Below, in pieces: positions 33,897 to 38,455 of a stretch of 38,455 nucleotides of DNA; within the stretch, counting starts at the first letter, position 1; each line of letters begins with the position of its first letter. The translations under genes and the position numbers were made by a program. The notes beneath the pieces were generated by a model, which was given only the letters and a program-made list of their open reading frames with translations, ran no database searches and was not told the origin of the DNA. Origin of the DNA: a virus (taxonomy: Duplodnaviria; Caudoviricetes); IMG/VR virus record IMGVR_UViG_3300046787_000064, positions 1 to 38,455 of that record; one strand, written 5' to 3'.

Positions 33897-35708
33897 TTAC
33901 TGTCCTAAGAGTCCTGCTAATCCTAAACCGCTAGTGATTGGCAGTGCTTTACGCATTGCAGTCAATTCAGCAGCAGTCATTGCATTTGGTGCAATACCAG
34001 TTCCAGATGCTACGCGAGAAGCAGCAGCTGTCACTGGTGCTGATGTGTAAGCGCGAGCAGCCAAGTTGGTAGGCATAGACAACAGCACGTTTACTGGTGA
34101 GTATTCCATCGAACGAGTTGCAGTGCCTGAGTCGCCAACGATTGGCTTGAAGGCTTGAGCAAATCGAGCTGCTTCATACATTGGAGTTTCGTTGCCACCA
34201 AAGACAAAACCTTTTGGGTCTTTACGAGTAAGCGCAGAAGCCAAGTTCAAACCAGACACATTTCCAGATGATGGATTCACAACGCCTTGGCTTGTGCGAA
34301 TCGTCATCAGGTTGCGGTAGTTGTTACGAGCTTGAGCAAATGCTTGTTGCTCTGACTGACTCAATCCTGACTGCAACGCATCGTCAACCATCTCTTTGAG
34401 TTGGAACAGTGCATTGCCAAGTTCACGATCACCCATTGCAGTGGTCATCTCATTCTTGGCGCGTTTTCCGAGCTTAGATGACAAGTTTTGCAGTTGAACA
34501 CCGCTTGCTTCACCTTTTGTGGCCAAGTCTTGCAACTGCTTCACGAAGATGTTGGTCTTCAATGGCTGAGTTGTCAGACCTTCAAAAGCGTTGTCCACCA
34601 AGTCAATGTTGTTCAACATTGTCATTGTGTCCAGCTTCTTCAGTTCTGGCGTTGCGATGCGTTGATACACGCCGCTAATGTTGCGCTGTGCTTGAGCCAA
34701 TACGGGGTTGCTCAATTCTTCAGCATCAACGCCAATGGCTTTAGCCGTAGCCTTGTTCAAGACTTTCTGGTTTTCTGCCTTGATGGTGTTGAATGGGGCT
34801 GACGTAAATGGACTTGACTCCATACGAGCCTCCATTTGGAGCAGTGAACGTGAACCAGTTTCCTGTGCAGGAGTTGTTTTGAACCCCATAGCCTTGCCAC
34901 GTTGCAGAATTGACTGCTGTGCAGCAGTCAGTGCAGCGTTACCTTCAGGAGCAACAGCGCCTAAGTTCACGCCTCCACCAGTAACTTGTGCAGTTGGTGT
35001 TGCGCTGATTGATGTTTGAGCAGAACCAGCTTGACCACCAGTTGCTGTACCAGTTTGAGCGGTAGCAGGAGCGCCACGACCAAACACAGCTTGAGACAGC
35101 TTGTCGCCTAAGTAACCAGCACCAGCTCCAAGAGCAGCAGCGCCACCTACTTGAGTTGCCTTCTCTGTAAAAAAGTCAGCGGTTGACATATCTTGTGGCG
35201 TTGCAACTGGCTGCATTGCAGCGCCAATTGCACCAGACACAGCACCAGCACGAACTGGAGCTTGAGTCAAGTTCAAAGCCTTGACAGCAGCGGTTGAAGG
35301 CAGAACAGCTGTGGCGATGTTCCCAGCGATGCGACCAGTGTCCATCTCGCCTTGCTTCATCTCGCCTTGTCGCCAGTTCTTTTGGTAGTCCAACTCAGCC
35401 TGACGGTTGATGTCCTCGACTCGTCTGCGTTCTTCTTGCATGAACTTTTCCATGCTAGAACCAGCAGGAGAAACCGCCTCAAGCCCACGAGTAAGCAATT
35501 GAGCGCCAGCGTCAGGCAAGTCACGCAGACCGCGAACAACGCCACCAACTGGTGAGTTGAGCAGCTTTTGTGTTGGTGTCTGTGGCTGCTTCATTGCAGG
35601 AGTTGCGCCGCCAGCAATTAGCTTTACGGCTGCTGCAATATCTTCAGGCTTCATGCCATCAGCAAATTCAACAACTCCAATTTCAGGGATTGTTACCTTT
35701 TGAACCAT
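33897..35708 (-). CDS. Ejection (internal virion) protein
   Basis: 603 aa, Ala/Gly/Gln-rich, no Cys, glycine-zipper segments. Confidence 0.7.
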   Translation of the reverse strand: MVQKVTIPEIGVVEFADGMKPEDIAAAVKLIAGGATPAMKQPQTPTQKLLNSPVGGVVRGLRDLPDAGAQLLTRGLEAVSPAGSSMEKFMQEERRRVEDINRQAELDYQKNWRQGEMKQGEMDTGRIAGNIATAVLPSTAAVKALNLTQAPVRAGAVSGAIGAAMQPVATPQDMSTADFFTEKATQVGGAAALGAGAGYLGDKLSQAVFGRGAPATAQTGTATGGQAGSAQTSISATPTAQVTGGGVNLGAVAPEGNAALTAAQQSILQRGKAMGFKTTPAQETGSRSLLQMEARMESSPFTSAPFNTIKAENQKVLNKATAKAIGVDAEELSNPVLAQAQRNISGVYQRIATPELKKLDTMTMLNNIDLVDNAFEGLTTQPLKTNIFVKQLQDLATKGEASGVQLQNLSSKLGKRAKNEMTTAMGDRELGNALFQLKEMVDDALQSGLSQSEQQAFAQARNNYRNLMTIRTSQGVVNPSSGNVSGLNLASALTRKDPKGFVFGGNETPMYEAARFAQAFKPIVGDSGTATRSMEYSPVNVLLSMPTNLAARAYTSAPVTAAASRVASGTGIAPNAMTAAELTAMRKALPITSGLGLAGLLGQ

Positions 35709-35717
35709 GATGAATCC

Positions 35718-37109
35718 TTAATTCTTTGGGACAAGAGTCTGAGTTGCTGAGTCCCAAACAAACTCTTTAGGGCCACCGCCAGCAGTTGAAGCAGCAGGAA
35801 CTGTCTGACGGTAAGACGTTGCCAAGTTCTCTTTGGCTCGTGTCAGCATATCTTCAAGCACTGTGATTTGCTCGTTCATAGCATTGCGGCTTGTCAAAGC
35901 GCCAGTGAATGAAGCAGGGTTTGTGAACTGACGGTTGATGATCGACATATCAGGACCGGTCAAAGCACCCAACTCATACAAGTTCTTCACACCCATCAAG
36001 AGTGAGTTGTACTTGCCTGATAGACGAGCTGTGTCAGCACCTGTTGGTAATGGCACACCAGTATCAGAGAAAGGCACTGGAATGTTTGTTGGGAAGACGG
36101 TTACATTTTTCCCAAGCTCAGTCTTGTAGTCTTTCAAAGCACCTTCAAGGTCATTCAATTGTTTTGATACCTTCATAAATGCTTCTTGTGGCTTTGTGCC
36201 TGTACCAGCAATGATTGGCTGTAAGCCTTGCACTGGTGGAACATTGCCAGCAGGAGCTACGACCTGACCAGTAGGAGCTGATGGTGCAGGACGATAGTCA
36301 GGACGCATAACAGTTGAGCCAACTGGTGGAGTAGCAGTACGCTGACCGCCTCCAGCAGGAGCTGGTGCAGCACCGCCACCACCGCCGCCAATTGCGTAGT
36401 AGCCAGTTTCTGCGCCGCCAACAACTTGTGGAGCCAGAGTCTGAGCAAACGACTCACCACCAGTGAGCTTTGACTTGTCAATGGCAACAGTGCGGCCACC
36501 AAGGTTTTGCAAGACAACATCACGTTTAGGACCGTAGCCTTCAACTGTGCGAATTGAACCATCCTTCATCTGCTGAACCAGCAATGGCTTGTTGTCTGCA
36601 CCAGTAACTTCAAATGGTGCGCCAGTGACTTCAGCTCGTGGCTTGATCTGGTAAGCCATGTCTTGGAAGCGTTTTGCTTCTTCGCCCTTACCAGCCACAG
36701 CGTACATATTCGCCAACTTCATGTACTGGTTAAATTTAACGTCTTCAGCTTTTGGAGCTGTACCGCCTTCAGGCACTGTTACTGGCTCTGCAAATGTAGA
36801 AGCAACTTGCTTCTGCAAGTCTGCTGCAATCTTTGCTTCGCGCAGCTTCTGTTGTGCCATCAAGTTAGCAATAGCACCCTGCTGTGCAGTCTGATAGCCT
36901 TGTTGTCCAGCTTGTAAAGCCCCGCCAAGTGCTTGGCCAATACCAATACCTTGACCAACTGGGCGCTCACCACTTGCAGCCAATAAAGAAGCAGCCGCAG
37001 ACATCATGCCTTGCTGCTGCAACTGTTGCTGCTGCTGTGCAGTTAGATATTCTTCAAGGCCAGAGCCGCCTTGACCAAACAGAAGACCGCCAAAGTTTTG
37101 TTCAGCCAT
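35718..37109 (-). CDS. Ejection (internal virion) protein
   Basis: 463 aa, Gln/Gly-rich N-terminus, no Cys; operon position. Confidence 0.7.
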   Translation of the reverse strand: MAEQNFGGLLFGQGGSGLEEYLTAQQQQQLQQQGMMSAAASLLAASGERPVGQGIGIGQALGGALQAGQQGYQTAQQGAIANLMAQQKLREAKIAADLQKQVASTFAEPVTVPEGGTAPKAEDVKFNQYMKLANMYAVAGKGEEAKRFQDMAYQIKPRAEVTGAPFEVTGADNKPLLVQQMKDGSIRTVEGYGPKRDVVLQNLGGRTVAIDKSKLTGGESFAQTLAPQVVGGAETGYYAIGGGGGGAAPAPAGGGQRTATPPVGSTVMRPDYRPAPSAPTGQVVAPAGNVPPVQGLQPIIAGTGTKPQEAFMKVSKQLNDLEGALKDYKTELGKNVTVFPTNIPVPFSDTGVPLPTGADTARLSGKYNSLLMGVKNLYELGALTGPDMSIINRQFTNPASFTGALTSRNAMNEQITVLEDMLTRAKENLATSYRQTVPAASTAGGGPKEFVWDSATQTLVPKN

Positions 37110-37112
37110 GAT

Positions 37113-37466
37113 TTACCCCATTAAACCTGTGATTCCGTAGGCTTTCATAATGTCTTGATACGACATATTACGACCCATCGGGATGTTGTTTTGAATCATT
37201 GGTGCAGACTTCTCTTGGCCAGCTTGCATCAAGTTCATGGCGAGCATCGCGTTTTGCATACCCATTGGTGATTGACCACCAGTTGGCATTTGACCAAAGT
37301 CTTGTGGCATCGAAGCCATCGTCATGCCTTCGCCTTGAGTCATCATTGGCGTCTGTGGACGCAAGCCAATGCCATCAGTGTACTGAGACTGTGGGTTCAT
37401 ACGAAGGCCACCGCCATACTGCGAGCCTTGACCGAGATCGCCACCAAGAAAGTCAAACATTGCCAT
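37113..37466 (-). CDS. Small Met/Gly/Gln-rich putative ejection protein
   Basis: 117 aa, low complexity, between pilot and larger ejection genes. Confidence 0.6.
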   Translation of the reverse strand: MAMFDFLGGDLGQGSQYGGGLRMNPQSQYTDGIGLRPQTPMMTQGEGMTMASMPQDFGQMPTGGQSPMGMQNAMLAMNLMQAGQEKSAPMIQNNIPMGRNMSYQDIMKAYGITGLMG

Positions 37467-37469
37467 GAT

Positions 37470-38198
37470 TTACCCCAAGAGTCCAAGAACACCACCAGCC
37501 GCAGCGCCCCAAGGACCGCCAAGCTGATAACCAGCCATTGCACCACCCAATGCGCCAGCAGCAGCATTGCGAGTTGTTGGTGTTGTAGATGTCATGCCAA
37601 GGTTGGCTGGTTGAGCAGACAGAGCAGACTGCTGCAAAGCCAACTGCTCAAGTGGAAGGTTGCGCATTGCGTCAAGACGTTGCTGATAAAGCAGTTGCTG
37701 CTGTTGTTGTGCAGTCATCACAGCACCAACGCCTTGCAAGCCCATAGTCTGAGCTTGTTGTGCAAACTGCGCTGCTTGACCGTAGCCCTGCGCTCGCATC
37801 TGAGCAGCAGTTGAAGCGCCTTGACGCAAGGCCGCTTCGTTTGTCAGTGCGGATTGAACTGCTTGGCGTGAACCACCAAAAGCACCAGCACGAGTGGCTG
37901 AAGCAGCATCAGTGACTTGCTGCATTTGACGTTGACGCTCAATGTCGTTCATCGCAGAGCCAATGACTTCCTCTTGGTAAGGATTCATAAACTGGTTGAT
38001 TGACTCAGGCGTGAAGCCTGTCATGCCAAGATTCGTCAAACGATCTTGCGCAGCTTGATATTCAGGAGTAAATCCAGCAAACTGCTGAACGCCAAGACCA
38101 CCAGCAGTTGACTTTGACAACGCAAGGTTGTCCAAGTAAGCCTGTTTGATTTGTGGGTCAACAGATTGAGTCTGTTGCTGTGAACCGCCTTTAGACAT
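37470..38198 (-). CDS. DNA pilot/ejection protein
   Basis: MSKGGS start, FMNPYQ..VI, AGAFGGSR, C-terminal glycine zipper GALGGAMAG..GPWGAAAGG. Confidence 0.75.
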   Translation of the reverse strand: MSKGGSQQQTQSVDPQIKQAYLDNLALSKSTAGGLGVQQFAGFTPEYQAAQDRLTNLGMTGFTPESINQFMNPYQEEVIGSAMNDIERQRQMQQVTDAASATRAGAFGGSRQAVQSALTNEAALRQGASTAAQMRAQGYGQAAQFAQQAQTMGLQGVGAVMTAQQQQQLLYQQRLDAMRNLPLEQLALQQSALSAQPANLGMTSTTPTTRNAAAGALGGAMAGYQLGGPWGAAAGGVLGLLG

Positions 38199-38321
38199 TT
38201 ACAACTCCTTTGAAAGTACAGCCCATTTCGGCTCGTACCCTCTTTCCTTTAAAAAACTCTTTTGCCAACCTTTGCGTCCAGCAAGAGAGACTCGCGTACA
38301 TCCAAGACTCTTGCCCCAAGC
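38199..38321 (-). CDS. 3' part of the join-spanning GNAT-like gene (starts at 246)
   Basis: In-frame continuation through the terminal repeat. Confidence 0.75.
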   Translation of the reverse strand, partial: AWGKSLGCTRVSLAGRKGWQKSFLKERGYEPKWAVLSKEL

Positions 38322-38455
38322 CGCAATGAGTGGCTCCATAAGGCTGATTTCGTCTAGGTCGCCGCCAGCAAGGAAGAAGTGCAAATCCTTGAGTCGCGGG
38401 TAGACAACGATCTCAGTGATGATGATGGAATTCTCACCTTCCCAACACTGAAAAT
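38322..38455. repeat. Terminal direct repeat, copy 2
   Basis: Matches 1-134. Confidence 0.95.

Overview
The window appears to be a complete, circularly permuted genome (about 38.3 kb) of a P22-like short-tailed (podovirus-type) dsDNA phage. Bases 1-134 reappear at 38322-38455, and one gene runs across the join. The host is probably a Gram-negative freshwater Betaproteobacterium; this is inferred from the spanins, the dif-like site and the gene families. The minus strand carries, in order: a Cro-like regulator, RuvC-like resolvase, a tandem paralog cluster, Cas4-like nuclease, SSB, C5 DNA methyltransferase, primase-helicase, a putative iteron origin, TerS/TerL, glycosyl- and methyltransferases, portal, scaffold, capsid, adaptor, tail fibres, an expanded lysis cassette with an HNH insertion, nozzle and ejection proteins. 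A short plus-strand block of small early genes lies at 28.7-32.4 kb. I recognised no integrase, CI repressor, DNA polymerase, tRNA or CRISPR array. The most notable signals are: (1) a XerCD dif-like site with DnaA boxes and a structured RNA candidate between terS and terL; (2) a second gene nested out of frame in the DNA methyltransferase, with its own Shine-Dalgarno; (3) a probable ejected protein with two ADP-ribosyltransferase-like domains that shares a C-terminal GLLG tag with other ejection proteins; (4) a three-hairpin small RNA candidate with anti-SD loops where a repressor gene would be expected; (5) a constant/variable tandem paralog cassette; (6) glycosylation enzymes inside the head operon. 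All family calls come from motif recognition by eye, not from database searches.
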